Shown piece by piece: positions 27,163 to 35,983 of a DNA stretch of 64,000 nt (position 1 is its first letter; each line of letters opens with the position of its first letter). Below the pieces are notes generated by a model. It was not told where the DNA came from and did no database searches. It was given only the letters and a program-made list of their open reading frames with translations. The position numbers and the translations under genes were made by a program. This stretch comes from a virus: the IMG/VR virus record IMGVR_UViG_3300000980_000024; one strand, 5' to 3'.

Positions 27163-27449
27163 TGGGTAACATAGAAATAGATATGTTCACTGACGGCGGT
27201 ACGATTTTTATTAAAAGAGAGTGTGTTGAGTTGTATATTAATTTTAGAGTCAACAGCCCTGATAAAGGTGCTCTTTATGATCAATATCCTTCTAGTGAAA
27301 TTGAACCAATTGACAAGATAACAAGTGATCAATTACTGTTACTTACAGATGTTATTGTTAAACAATTTCATGATCGAATTAATTCTGAAAACAGTAATAG
27401 GGAATTAATTCGATCAATGCACAAGGTATTAATAAAGTCAACCAACTAA
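27162..27449 (+). CDS. hypothetical protein
   Basis: 95-aa ORF, GAGG RBS. Confidence 0.6.
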   Translation: MGNIEIDMFTDGGTIFIKRECVELYINFRVNSPDKGALYDQYPSSEIEPIDKITSDQLLLLTDVIVKQFHDRINSENSNRELIRSMHKVLIKSTN

Positions 27450-27453
27450 AAAC

Positions 27454-27738
27454 GTGAAAGAAACCAATTTAGAACTACGTTGTCGAAAGCTGGCTGAACG
27501 AATGGGTTATGTGGTTTACAAAGGTGCTGGTCGTGATGGTGCTCCTGATAAAGTGTTCCTACGTAACGGCTTTGGATTCGTTGTTGAATTTAAGAAACCC
27601 AAGAAGTACCAGCAACACAATCAAAAAATAGAACAGGGTTACTGTGAGTCACGTGGTGTCAAATATTACGTTGTTAAAACACTAGAGGAAATGAGAGAGG
27701 TCTTGCTAGAGCAAGAAAAAATACATGCTGACACCTAA
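27454..27738 (+). CDS. VRR-NUC domain nuclease
   Basis: E..LE, G.PD, VEFKKP, Q; sits before the SNF2 gene. Confidence 0.8.
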   Translation: MKETNLELRCRKLAERMGYVVYKGAGRDGAPDKVFLRNGFGFVVEFKKPKKYQQHNQKIEQGYCESRGVKYYVVKTLEEMREVLLEQEKIHADT

Positions 27739-29179
27739 GAACTTACACCCTGAGCAATTGTCTTGTTACAAAGACATATTGAAAAAGAAAGTATTCTGTA
27801 TAACTAGTGACTGTGGGTTCGGTAAAACTATTTCAATCCTCACAGCTTTTGTTGTGATGAAGAAAAAGTATCCTGACCGTAAATTACTGGTAGTGTGTAC
27901 ACCAATGGGTGCAAAAAAGACATGGGTTAAAGAGCCGACCAATTGGACGCACACTAAACACTTAAAAGTATTGTCACTGAATAATCTTAAACCCAACCAA
28001 CGAGAAGTTGAGTTAAATAAAAACCAGCACGATATATACGTCATTAGTTATCAGATGCTTGGATGGTTGTTAGAAAACAATAAAACGGTTAAGTTTGACT
28101 TTGTTGCTGGTGACGAAGCGGATTGTTTAAAAGGTCCGAGTTCAGTATGGCGTGATCAATTAATTAAGTGTGCGCCAAGTGTGGTCTATAAAATACTTGC
28201 GTCAGCTACACCCAAGACTCGTGAAGAAGATGATTACTGGGGATTGTGTAAATATTTAGATGATGGCAAGTCGCTGAACGCCGAGACAGTGACTGAGTTT
28301 AGGGCTAGATATTGTAAGTCATACACCCACAAGAATCGAACCATTTATAAAATTGGTAACAAAAAACAGATCGCTGACTTAGAAAATCGAATACGTCATT
28401 TGTTTATTAACTATGACACCACGACACAGTCACAAATACCAATCAAAACAATTACAGTCAACGCCGAACTCAGTGACAGTTCCCGCGAAATATATGATCG
28501 GTTAGTTAGAGAACAATGTGTCAACTCTATTGTGTACGACGATGACGGTTACCGTGATGATGATGAATCATTGGACGCAATGACGCTGAGTGGTAAGTTA
28601 TCCCAACTGTCTTGTGGTTTTTTATATATTGACGAGAATATACGCATTACTGCTGACATGTTAGAACAAGCCACAAGTATTCCAAAACTTTTGGATGATA
28701 CGACTAAAAAAATACCTGTGGATATATTCGATGATCGGATTGTTAAGTTTGGTAAATTAATTAATGTACTCCATGAACGTCACGAAGATACCCCAATAGC
28801 CATACCGTACCATTACAAACATGAACTTACACAACTAGAAGGGTTATTACCCACTGGTGTTCGTGACACTGAGCCAGATTTCGAGGAACGATGGAACGAC
28901 AAAGATATACCGTACCTTTTCTTGCAGTACATGAGATCCAGTAAATCACTCAATATACAAGACGGTGGTAATGTTATGGCGTTCTACAGCCCCACATGGT
29001 CGTGGGCTGACGACTACCAGATCATAAGACGTCTAGCCCGACAAGGTCAGTCGGCTAAGATGGTGTACGCTTATCGCCTGTACATGAAAGGTACTATCGA
29101 TGACAACAAAACACGCAAACTAACTGATCGATTTATTGGTCACTCTCGGTTTCAGAATTCGATAATTCATCGGGTTTAG
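27725..29179 (+). CDS. SNF2-like SF2 helicase
   Basis: DCGFGKT, GDEAD, SATP, GKLSQL, SLNIQ, RLARQGQ. Confidence 0.8.
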   Translation: MLTPKNLHPEQLSCYKDILKKKVFCITSDCGFGKTISILTAFVVMKKKYPDRKLLVVCTPMGAKKTWVKEPTNWTHTKHLKVLSLNNLKPNQREVELNKNQHDIYVISYQMLGWLLENNKTVKFDFVAGDEADCLKGPSSVWRDQLIKCAPSVVYKILASATPKTREEDDYWGLCKYLDDGKSLNAETVTEFRARYCKSYTHKNRTIYKIGNKKQIADLENRIRHLFINYDTTTQSQIPIKTITVNAELSDSSREIYDRLVREQCVNSIVYDDDGYRDDDESLDAMTLSGKLSQLSCGFLYIDENIRITADMLEQATSIPKLLDDTTKKIPVDIFDDRIVKFGKLINVLHERHEDTPIAIPYHYKHELTQLEGLLPTGVRDTEPDFEERWNDKDIPYLFLQYMRSSKSLNIQDGGNVMAFYSPTWSWADDYQIIRRLARQGQSAKMVYAYRLYMKGTIDDNKTRKLTDRFIGHSRFQNSIIHRV

Positions 29180-29393
29180 CTTCATCATCTTCAGCGGTTT
29201 CAACAGCAATTGAGTACAAATATTCAATTACCGACATATAAAATACGACCAACGCAAGGATGACAGATGCTAATTTGGGTGGTAGAATGATTGAAACTAA
29301 TGATAGTATCATTGCTCCTAAAAAGAATTTACTTGGTGGGATTATTTGAACTATTTTTCCGAGGTATTTAATCATGGGTTGTGGATGCTCCAA
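29133..29393 (-). CDS. putative two-TM membrane protein with acidic C-tail
   Basis: Two hydrophobic helices; lone antisense gene; start may be 29375. Confidence 0.45.
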   Translation of the reverse strand: MEHPQPMIKYLGKIVQIIPPSKFFLGAMILSLVSIILPPKLASVILALVVFYMSVIEYLYSIAVETAEDDEAKPDELSNSETESDQ

Positions 29394-29541
29394 AAAAAAT
29401 CAGGCTGATAAACATAAAGTTGCTGCAAATGCAGCTAAGAAAGCAAGCACTCAAGCTGTTGTAGATCAAGCTATTAAGAGTGCGCAAAGCAATATTAACA
29501 TATCTAACTACGCTAGAGAAATTAAAGCTCTACAAAAATAA
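29374..29541 (+). CDS. small basic protein MGCGCSKKNQ... (55 aa)
   Basis: Read by hand; GAGGT RBS; TAA abuts the ATG at 29542. Confidence 0.65.
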   Translation: MGCGCSKKNQADKHKVAANAAKKASTQAVVDQAIKSAQSNINISNYAREIKALQK

Positions 29542-30057
29542 ATGACAGCAGTCACTACAACGGAATTACATCAAGTAAGTGGGTTGTTAGCAGCAGTACC
29601 CAGTTGGTTAGATAAAGCTTTACTTGTCGAGAAAGAAATTGGTATGGATAATATCTATGCCATGATTTCAAATGGTCAAGCTGTAGAAAGAATCGCCGCG
29701 TCACTGTACATAACAAAAGAACAAATGAAGTTCATGTTGACTCGTACACCCAAACACCGTAAAGATTACATGAATGCCCGTGCGTTTAAACAAGCTGAGA
29801 GCAGCATGGATGTACTTGAGAATCCTTCATTTAAAACTGCTGGGATGTTAATTAAAGAACAGGCAAGTGCTGCTAAGCATCACAATCAAGTCATTGATCG
29901 TGCAATGAACACATTAAATAAAAGCGATGAGGCTAAAGCGAATGAAGCTATCATCGTTAACAACACAGTAGTTGTGAGAGATTCAGACGACATCGCACCT
30001 CTACCCGATGAACTTAAAGATATTATGGAAGGAGAGTTTGAAGATGTTAGTTCTTGA
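29542..30057 (+). CDS. putative terminase small subunit
   Basis: HTH-like N-terminal half then helical region; upstream of terL. Confidence 0.5.
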   Translation: MTAVTTTELHQVSGLLAAVPSWLDKALLVEKEIGMDNIYAMISNGQAVERIAASLYITKEQMKFMLTRTPKHRKDYMNARAFKQAESSMDVLENPSFKTAGMLIKEQASAAKHHNQVIDRAMNTLNKSDEAKANEAIIVNNTVVVRDSDDIAPLPDELKDIMEGEFEDVSS

Positions 30058-30265
30058 ACGTAAGTTAGAGAAAAGCGTGTTAGTTGGTGCAGGTGAAGAT
30101 GAGGTTAAAGTTACGGTACTTGGTGTAACTGAAGACCCGTTAACTGGTGAGGTTAGTGTGAAGCTGGGGTTTATTGGAGGTAAGCACATTTGTATTGATC
30201 GGGAAGAAGTAAGACCCAAGCGTAACGAACGGATAAAGAAGATACTAAATGGTACAAACTCTTAA
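30044..30265 (+). CDS. csrA: CsrA-like RNA-binding protein
   Basis: MLVLERKLEKSVLVG...VKVTVLGV....VKLGF.GGKHICIDREEV; ATG 30044 after GGAG. Confidence 0.75.
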   Translation: MLVLERKLEKSVLVGAGEDEVKVTVLGVTEDPLTGEVSVKLGFIGGKHICIDREEVRPKRNERIKKILNGTNS

Positions 30266-31949
30266 TAGAGAACACTTTGTTGACCCGTTTTTTGACGAGG
30301 CCATAAATCAAATATTTTTAAATCCCAATAAGTCAGCCTATTTTATGGATGGCACTATTGGTGTGGGTAAGTCATCTCAATTCTTAATGCCTTGCGCGTA
30401 CAACATTGCGTCGCTAGTAGAACCTCAGTTAGTAAACAACAAACAAGTAAGAGAAAGTAAGTGGTTAGCTATTCGTGAAAGTGGTGCAGCAACTGTAGCA
30501 ACAATTGAGCAGTTACTTGAGTCTATATTTTCTAATGGTGTACTGAGTCGAGACGATACACCTGTTAAGAAATACGGATCTCACCCGACATACATTGAAG
30601 TAAAGCATAAGCTGATGGACGATACTCATATTAAAATGGTTATTGAGTGTCACGGTTTTAATGATGAAAGATCGCTGGGTCGTATAAAAAGTAGAGAGTA
30701 TCTTGGTGCAATTATACCTGAATTACAAACAGTACCCTACCCTGTTATCGAAACAGCCATTGAACGTTGTGGTCGTTGGCGCACCGAAGAAACAACAATC
30801 AGTAAAGTTATTGACGGTAAAAAATACACGTTATCTGGTGTGCAAAAACTGTGTACTGTCTTAGGTGACATCAACATACCTAAACGAGATCACCCATTGT
30901 ACTCTAAGTATTACGACTTATCGGCAAAGCAAAAGGATGAGTCTGAAATATTAATGATTACCCCGCCTCCACCATTAATTCACAAATTAGTTTCAAGTCT
31001 TGACGCTGAGAAAGTTAAAAAAATAATTGCTTCTGGGTTGGGTAAAATTACCAGGTTCGAGGGTAAAGAAACGCTTTGGTATCCCAACCCTAAAGCGTAC
31101 AACATGACTCGCCACTATGAGGAACGGGACGACGATGGTAACCCTATACCGTGGTCAGGTTACCAGTATTGGTTATCACGATTAAACAGAACTGACAGTT
31201 ATGTGAGGCGGTTTATTATTGGGATACCTGACTCAGTTGGTGGCCAAGCAGCTGTTTATAAATCGTTTGACCGCAATTCAATGGTTAAAGAACGAACATT
31301 GTTGCACGATGAACCTGTATGGTTAGGGTTTGATCCGGGCGGTAATTCTGCAGCAGAGATGCTTCAATATTACCCAGATGGAAAAAACATACATTTCTTT
31401 AAAGAGTTTACCACTGAGGCCACTGAAGGAATATCAACCCGCATGTTGTTCCGTAATTTTATATTACCGTACTGCAGAACAGAGCTAAAGGGCAAGGTAG
31501 TTAAAATTGTTCCTGACCCAGCAGCTACTACACTTGGTAAGAACATTAGTTCTGGTGCTACCGAGTCATTATGGTTACAAATTAAAGACGAGATTGATAA
31601 GGAGATGTCAAAACACAGCAGTGTGGTCTATGAACTCATACCATGTATGGTTAATAATCAGAACACTAGTGCTCGTATTGACTCACTTGGGTACATGATT
31701 GAACAAAATTCATGTACTGTTAGTGAAGATTGCGGTAAGTTAGTTAGTGCATTAACTGGTGGTTACAAGTATATTGAATTGAAATCAGGCGCCATATCAG
31801 ATAATATTGACAAACATAATCCGTTCTCACACCCAGCTGAAGCGGCGCAATATCCTGTTGTAAACATATTATGGGCGATCAGGAAACATGGTAAAAGACA
31901 AACAAACAAAAGCCGTAAGGCCTACACCATCAGGCACGTTAGAAGCTGA
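30249..31949 (+). CDS. terL: terminase large subunit
   Basis: DGTIGVGKS Walker A, IIPE Walker B-like, LGFDPG nuclease, SHPAEAAQY. Confidence 0.8.
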   Translation: MVQTLNREHFVDPFFDEAINQIFLNPNKSAYFMDGTIGVGKSSQFLMPCAYNIASLVEPQLVNNKQVRESKWLAIRESGAATVATIEQLLESIFSNGVLSRDDTPVKKYGSHPTYIEVKHKLMDDTHIKMVIECHGFNDERSLGRIKSREYLGAIIPELQTVPYPVIETAIERCGRWRTEETTISKVIDGKKYTLSGVQKLCTVLGDINIPKRDHPLYSKYYDLSAKQKDESEILMITPPPPLIHKLVSSLDAEKVKKIIASGLGKITRFEGKETLWYPNPKAYNMTRHYEERDDDGNPIPWSGYQYWLSRLNRTDSYVRRFIIGIPDSVGGQAAVYKSFDRNSMVKERTLLHDEPVWLGFDPGGNSAAEMLQYYPDGKNIHFFKEFTTEATEGISTRMLFRNFILPYCRTELKGKVVKIVPDPAATTLGKNISSGATESLWLQIKDEIDKEMSKHSSVVYELIPCMVNNQNTSARIDSLGYMIEQNSCTVSEDCGKLVSALTGGYKYIELKSGAISDNIDKHNPFSHPAEAAQYPVVNILWAIRKHGKRQTNKSRKAYTIRHVRS

Positions 31950-33954
31950 GGTTAATTTATTATTCACACAAGCCGTATCTTATCGTGATTCGGTTGGTGT
32001 CACTCCCTCCCTGCAACTAGGGTATGTCAGAGAACTGATTGGTTCAGGTGAAGACTATACTGAGTTCGTAAACCTAAATAAAAACGGTAAAGATTGTGAT
32101 GTGCCAGAACCATGTAACTGTGGTGAAGGTCAGGAATGTAATCAATGCTCACCACATTTAGAAAACGTATGTTCTGTTGAGGACGCTGTTGGTTTATGCA
32201 ACAACATGTCACCGTTTGATGGCGTGGCCAATCTGTTAGCAACAGTTAAAAAGTACGAATACATCGCATTAATGGAAGATGCTTACGCCGAGACAGGTGA
32301 TAAACCATTTAAACTAAAACCTACCATTCAAGCAGCACCTACCCAAGCACAAAAAGATGAAGCGGCTAACGCTATGTTTGAGCAAGTTGATTCTTTTTTA
32401 TCTGAGAATAATGTGCGCCTTAATGAATTACCATTTGTTTTTGGTGAAGGTGACCTTACCGAAATCGTTAAATCGCTATCGTCGAGCGTTAAACAACAAG
32501 CTGACTCTGACTTACATGATTCTACTGAGCAAGTTGAGGCAGCATTAAAACTAACATTTACTCGCGCCAATTTTATGCGTGAGTACATGGAAGTAATTAA
32601 AGACACCACCAATAAACCAATCGGTATCCTATGGGTGGACGATAAAACAATTAAAAAAGAAACCAGTGTTAAAAGCGGTAAGCTTGCTATTAATTACTCA
32701 ATGCAGTGTGACGCTAAAAGAATAGACCCTTGTTATTTTTGGGCAACTCAAGACTATGAATTAAATCGTGTCGGTCAAGCTGTGTTTAAGTTAGAACAGT
32801 ACACCAGTGGTGACATACATCGTTGGTTAGAATATACCAAGTCTAATCAAATCAAACAAAACATTAAAGATTACTTGCATGATTACAAAAAAACAGGCTA
32901 TCGAATGTACGAAGCTATGTTATTCCGTGATCATTTTACACAGCAAGATTTAAATTTTGATGTGCTAGTTTCTCGTGGGTATTATTCTCGTGAAGCTGTC
33001 GAAGAACTAAAATTAGAAATTCCTGAGATTTACGACAAAGAGAACATGCTACCTTGTGAAGTTTTTATTTCTGGTGGTATGATTCTTAAAGCCCGAGTGT
33101 TCCCGTGTATTGATGATGAGTTGGGTGTATACACAACGTTATTCCGTCGTAAGTCACAAAGTATTTTCGGTTATTCGTTGCATGATTTTATTTACCCGTT
33201 CACTAAGTTGTATGAAGGTTCAATCCAAGCAATCGACAAAGCTATGGGTAAAAGTGTTGGTTCAATTGTCCAAGTGGATACAGGTGTAATCGAAGACCCA
33301 ACCAAGTACATCAAGAAAAACGAAGCTACAGGTGAAGTAACGTTAGATCTTTCTAATGATTTGATTATTGAGTTTGATTCTACACAAGCAATTATGTCAC
33401 CTAACTTTAAAGGTGTACCCATCCATGTGACACAGTTACCCAGTGATTTAGAAAAGTTATTGCCGGTAGTAGATTTTGTTTTTCAACAGTTAGAAAAAAT
33501 TAGCGGTATTGAAAGCATACTAGTTAGCAGTAGTAGTATTTCATCTGCATTACGAACTGATAGTAACTTCAATGCTGCGTTTAAATCATCAGCCAAATCA
33601 GTCAAGTCTCTATTCCGTGAGAGTGAAAATCGAATACTGATTAAAGCAGTTAAGTTTATATTCATGGCCAAGGCAATGAGTGATGACCTAAGTGATTACT
33701 TGATTGACGCTGAACCCGAGATACTTCTATCTGACACGTTGAGCCGAGAAGCTGGTGATGATCAGAAGTTACTTCAAGGAGTTACTACGATGATGCAGTT
33801 AGGTGGCGACCTTATATCACAAGATCAAATGGCTGCATTGTTAAACCGTGTGGGACGTGAGGTATTTAATTTTACTGAGGACTTAATACCAGGTGTCGAA
33901 CCATTAGAAGTTTCTACTGTGTCGACACCTTCGGCTTCAGAGATTACAGCTTAG
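31888..33954 (+). CDS. probable portal protein with a Cys-rich N-terminal insertion
   Basis: 688 aa, directly after terL, largely helical. Confidence 0.65.
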   Translation: MVKDKQTKAVRPTPSGTLEAEVNLLFTQAVSYRDSVGVTPSLQLGYVRELIGSGEDYTEFVNLNKNGKDCDVPEPCNCGEGQECNQCSPHLENVCSVEDAVGLCNNMSPFDGVANLLATVKKYEYIALMEDAYAETGDKPFKLKPTIQAAPTQAQKDEAANAMFEQVDSFLSENNVRLNELPFVFGEGDLTEIVKSLSSSVKQQADSDLHDSTEQVEAALKLTFTRANFMREYMEVIKDTTNKPIGILWVDDKTIKKETSVKSGKLAINYSMQCDAKRIDPCYFWATQDYELNRVGQAVFKLEQYTSGDIHRWLEYTKSNQIKQNIKDYLHDYKKTGYRMYEAMLFRDHFTQQDLNFDVLVSRGYYSREAVEELKLEIPEIYDKENMLPCEVFISGGMILKARVFPCIDDELGVYTTLFRRKSQSIFGYSLHDFIYPFTKLYEGSIQAIDKAMGKSVGSIVQVDTGVIEDPTKYIKKNEATGEVTLDLSNDLIIEFDSTQAIMSPNFKGVPIHVTQLPSDLEKLLPVVDFVFQQLEKISGIESILVSSSSISSALRTDSNFNAAFKSSAKSVKSLFRESENRILIKAVKFIFMAKAMSDDLSDYLIDAEPEILLSDTLSREAGDDQKLLQGVTTMMQLGGDLISQDQMAALLNRVGREVFNFTEDLIPGVEPLEVSTVSTPSASEITA

Positions 33955-33956
33955 TA

Positions 33957-34043
33957 TTACTTCTTTTTCTCAGCTTCTTTCTTTGCTTTCTTTAAAGCTT
34001 TGCTATTTTTAACTGCTTGAGCGTGTGGGTTTTTAGTAGCCAT
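33957..34043 (-). CDS. 28-aa lysine-rich peptide MATKNPHAQAVKNSKALKKAKKEAEKKK
   Basis: Read by hand; AGGAG RBS and its own promoter. Confidence 0.6.
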   Translation of the reverse strand: MATKNPHAQAVKNSKALKKAKKEAEKKK

Positions 34044-34085
34044 TATGACTCTCCTATTTAAAATTAAAAAAAAAATTGTAGAATT

Positions 34086-34113
34086 ATTGTATTAGATTCT
34101 AAAATTTAGTCAA
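34086..34113 (-). promoter_or_regulatory. sigma70-type promoter for the basic peptide
   Basis: TTGACT-N16-TACAAT on the minus strand. Confidence 0.6.
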
Positions 34114-34125
34114 GTTGGTTGGGTT

Positions 34126-35253
34126 TCAATCTACCATTGCTGGTATGTAACCACTTGATGTTAACTCAGCATCAAAGTTATTAACGTTCTCAGTGAGACG
34201 AGCAACCATTTGATCCCTGAAGCCATCAGCAGCTACAGCTAACTCACTAGACTTATTGTCAGCAACTTTACCACCATAACCATCGTCAACAAATAATGTG
34301 TCTCTAAATGATTTGTTGCGGTCATACAGGTATAACGATGTGTCACCTCCTTTCCACCGACCAGCATAACTAGCCTCTTTAATGGGGTACTTTTGATAGA
34401 GTGGACCGAACGGGCTGTTGTTAATATTTTGATCCAGTGTCAATAGTTTGGTTTCATCACCACTACGCATCATTCCCCTGAACCCTTCTTCATCCCGAAA
34501 AAAGTTGTTGAAGTGACTAATGTATGGTCTTATGCGGTTCCATGCGTCAACATATTCAGGGTGCGCTTCTCTGTTCCAGTTGGCCACCCAATAAACATCA
34601 GTAGTTTTTAGCGTACCAAGCTTATCTTTCATCCCATCGATAGCGTTAGCGAGGGTAATGATAGACCCCCATATCTCGATGACCAACCGTTCGCCATCTC
34701 GATTGGCTTGTTGTATTTCGTTGCGATAAAATTGAGCACCTTTTTCTGACGTGTATACAGGGTACTGTTTGTACAATGGTGATACTTGAGTGTTCAGCTC
34801 GGCTAACCGAGACTCAATGTGTGTCTTGGCTGTACTGCGTGTACTATCAACTGTAGATATAATGCCAAGTAAGTCCCAACGTAATCGTATGTAACTGGCT
34901 AAAGTGACACCTAGTGTGTGATAATCATCAGGGTCACCAGTTGAATGCATGTCAGTATCGATGATACGTCGGTGGTCATATGTCACAATAGGTACATCGG
35001 GTACCGGACCATCAACACCGAGGTAAGGTTTACGCCCCTCTTCTCGGCCCGATGTATCGTAGTGTGTCCACGCGTCAGCACCTGCTGTGGCAACATCTGG
35101 ATTCATCGATAAATATAAAGCGGCGTCAAACCAATCAGGTATAACAGAGGTTACATTCAGTTCATCTCTAGTGTCATCTTTAGTCATCTCATACAGTAAA
35201 CCCAGCACAATAAGTACGGCCAATACTGCTAATACAATTTGTGTAGTTGTCAT
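34126..35253 (-). CDS. membrane-anchored nucleoside-hydrolase-like (DUF1593/Sde182-like) protein
   Basis: N-terminal TM; FDAALYLSMNPDV...HY...G..EGRKP module; IIDTDMHSTGDPDD; LVIEIWGS; VYWV. Confidence 0.65.
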   Translation of the reverse strand: MTTTQIVLAVLAVLIVLGLLYEMTKDDTRDELNVTSVIPDWFDAALYLSMNPDVATAGADAWTHYDTSGREEGRKPYLGVDGPVPDVPIVTYDHRRIIDTDMHSTGDPDDYHTLGVTLASYIRLRWDLLGIISTVDSTRSTAKTHIESRLAELNTQVSPLYKQYPVYTSEKGAQFYRNEIQQANRDGERLVIEIWGSIITLANAIDGMKDKLGTLKTTDVYWVANWNREAHPEYVDAWNRIRPYISHFNNFFRDEEGFRGMMRSGDETKLLTLDQNINNSPFGPLYQKYPIKEASYAGRWKGGDTSLYLYDRNKSFRDTLFVDDGYGGKVADNKSSELAVAADGFRDQMVARLTENVNNFDAELTSSGYIPAMVD

Positions 35254-35265
35254 TCGTTGCCCCGT

Positions 35266-35625
35266 TTAGTTTGTTGGTTGTTGACTAGGTGTACACCAGT
35301 CAGGAAGATTGATAAGTTGGGTGCCTTTGCTGGATACCCAAATAGTTTGCTGATGTTGCTCCACTCGATAACACCTATCTCTGTCAATGTATTGAATCGT
35401 TGACAGTAGTTCTTTATAGCAATCCTCGAAGTCACCAACGACTTCAATCGGTTTACTACATCTAGGTGTTGCTATCATCTGCTCAACGTCCCAATACAAA
35501 GTGCTCGGTATCTTAGGGGGTTCTTCTCTTAACGATGACGTTATTCGATAACCATCGTTCCAAGCACACCCACTAATAAATAGGCTTGCGAGAATCAGGC
35601 ACAGGTACTGGCTGACATTCCACAT
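35266..35625 (-). CDS. lipoprotein, probable o-spanin (Rz1-like)
   Basis: LFISGC lipobox, Pro-rich, several Cys; overlaps the 3' end of the Rz-like gene. Confidence 0.6.
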   Translation of the reverse strand: MWNVSQYLCLILASLFISGCAWNDGYRITSSLREEPPKIPSTLYWDVEQMIATPRCSKPIEVVGDFEDCYKELLSTIQYIDRDRCYRVEQHQQTIWVSSKGTQLINLPDWCTPSQQPTN

Positions 35626-35983
35626 AATCTTGCTCCGTTGCGTTTAAATTTTCAGAAGATAAATAAGATTCTTTCTCTGCTTTGTACTCACCCATCTTAG
35701 CCCAAGCATTGTTGCGTTGATCGATAACTTCTTCTCGACTTTTTTGCAATGCTGTAACACTGAGTTCCAATCTGTCCGACGTGCTTCTCTCATCTCTCAA
35801 TACAGTCTCTATTGCAACAAGAGCAGACTTTAAGTCAGCGACATCTGATTTACTTTGTTTTAGTGTCTCACGTAAGTTATCGGCACTACCTGAGTACCAC
35901 CAAGCGAAACTAATCGGTACTACAAAAGCTAAAACCTTAATAGCTTTCCACCAGAAACTAACTGTTGATAGTGTAGCCCACAT
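35573..35983 (-). CDS. probable i-spanin (Rz-like)
   Basis: N-terminal TM, long coiled coil, C-terminal C.PVPVP. Confidence 0.7.
   Translation of the reverse strand: MWATLSTVSFWWKAIKVLAFVVPISFAWWYSGSADNLRETLKQSKSDVADLKSALVAIETVLRDERSTSDRLELSVTALQKSREEVIDQRNNAWAKMGEYKAEKESYLSSENLNATEQDYVECQPVPVPDSRKPIY

Noticed and set aside
29374-29391. Eukaryotic N-myristoylation/palmitoylation signal MGCxxS
   Set aside because: All other signals point to a bacterial host, which lacks N-myristoyltransferase; more likely part of the general Cys richness.
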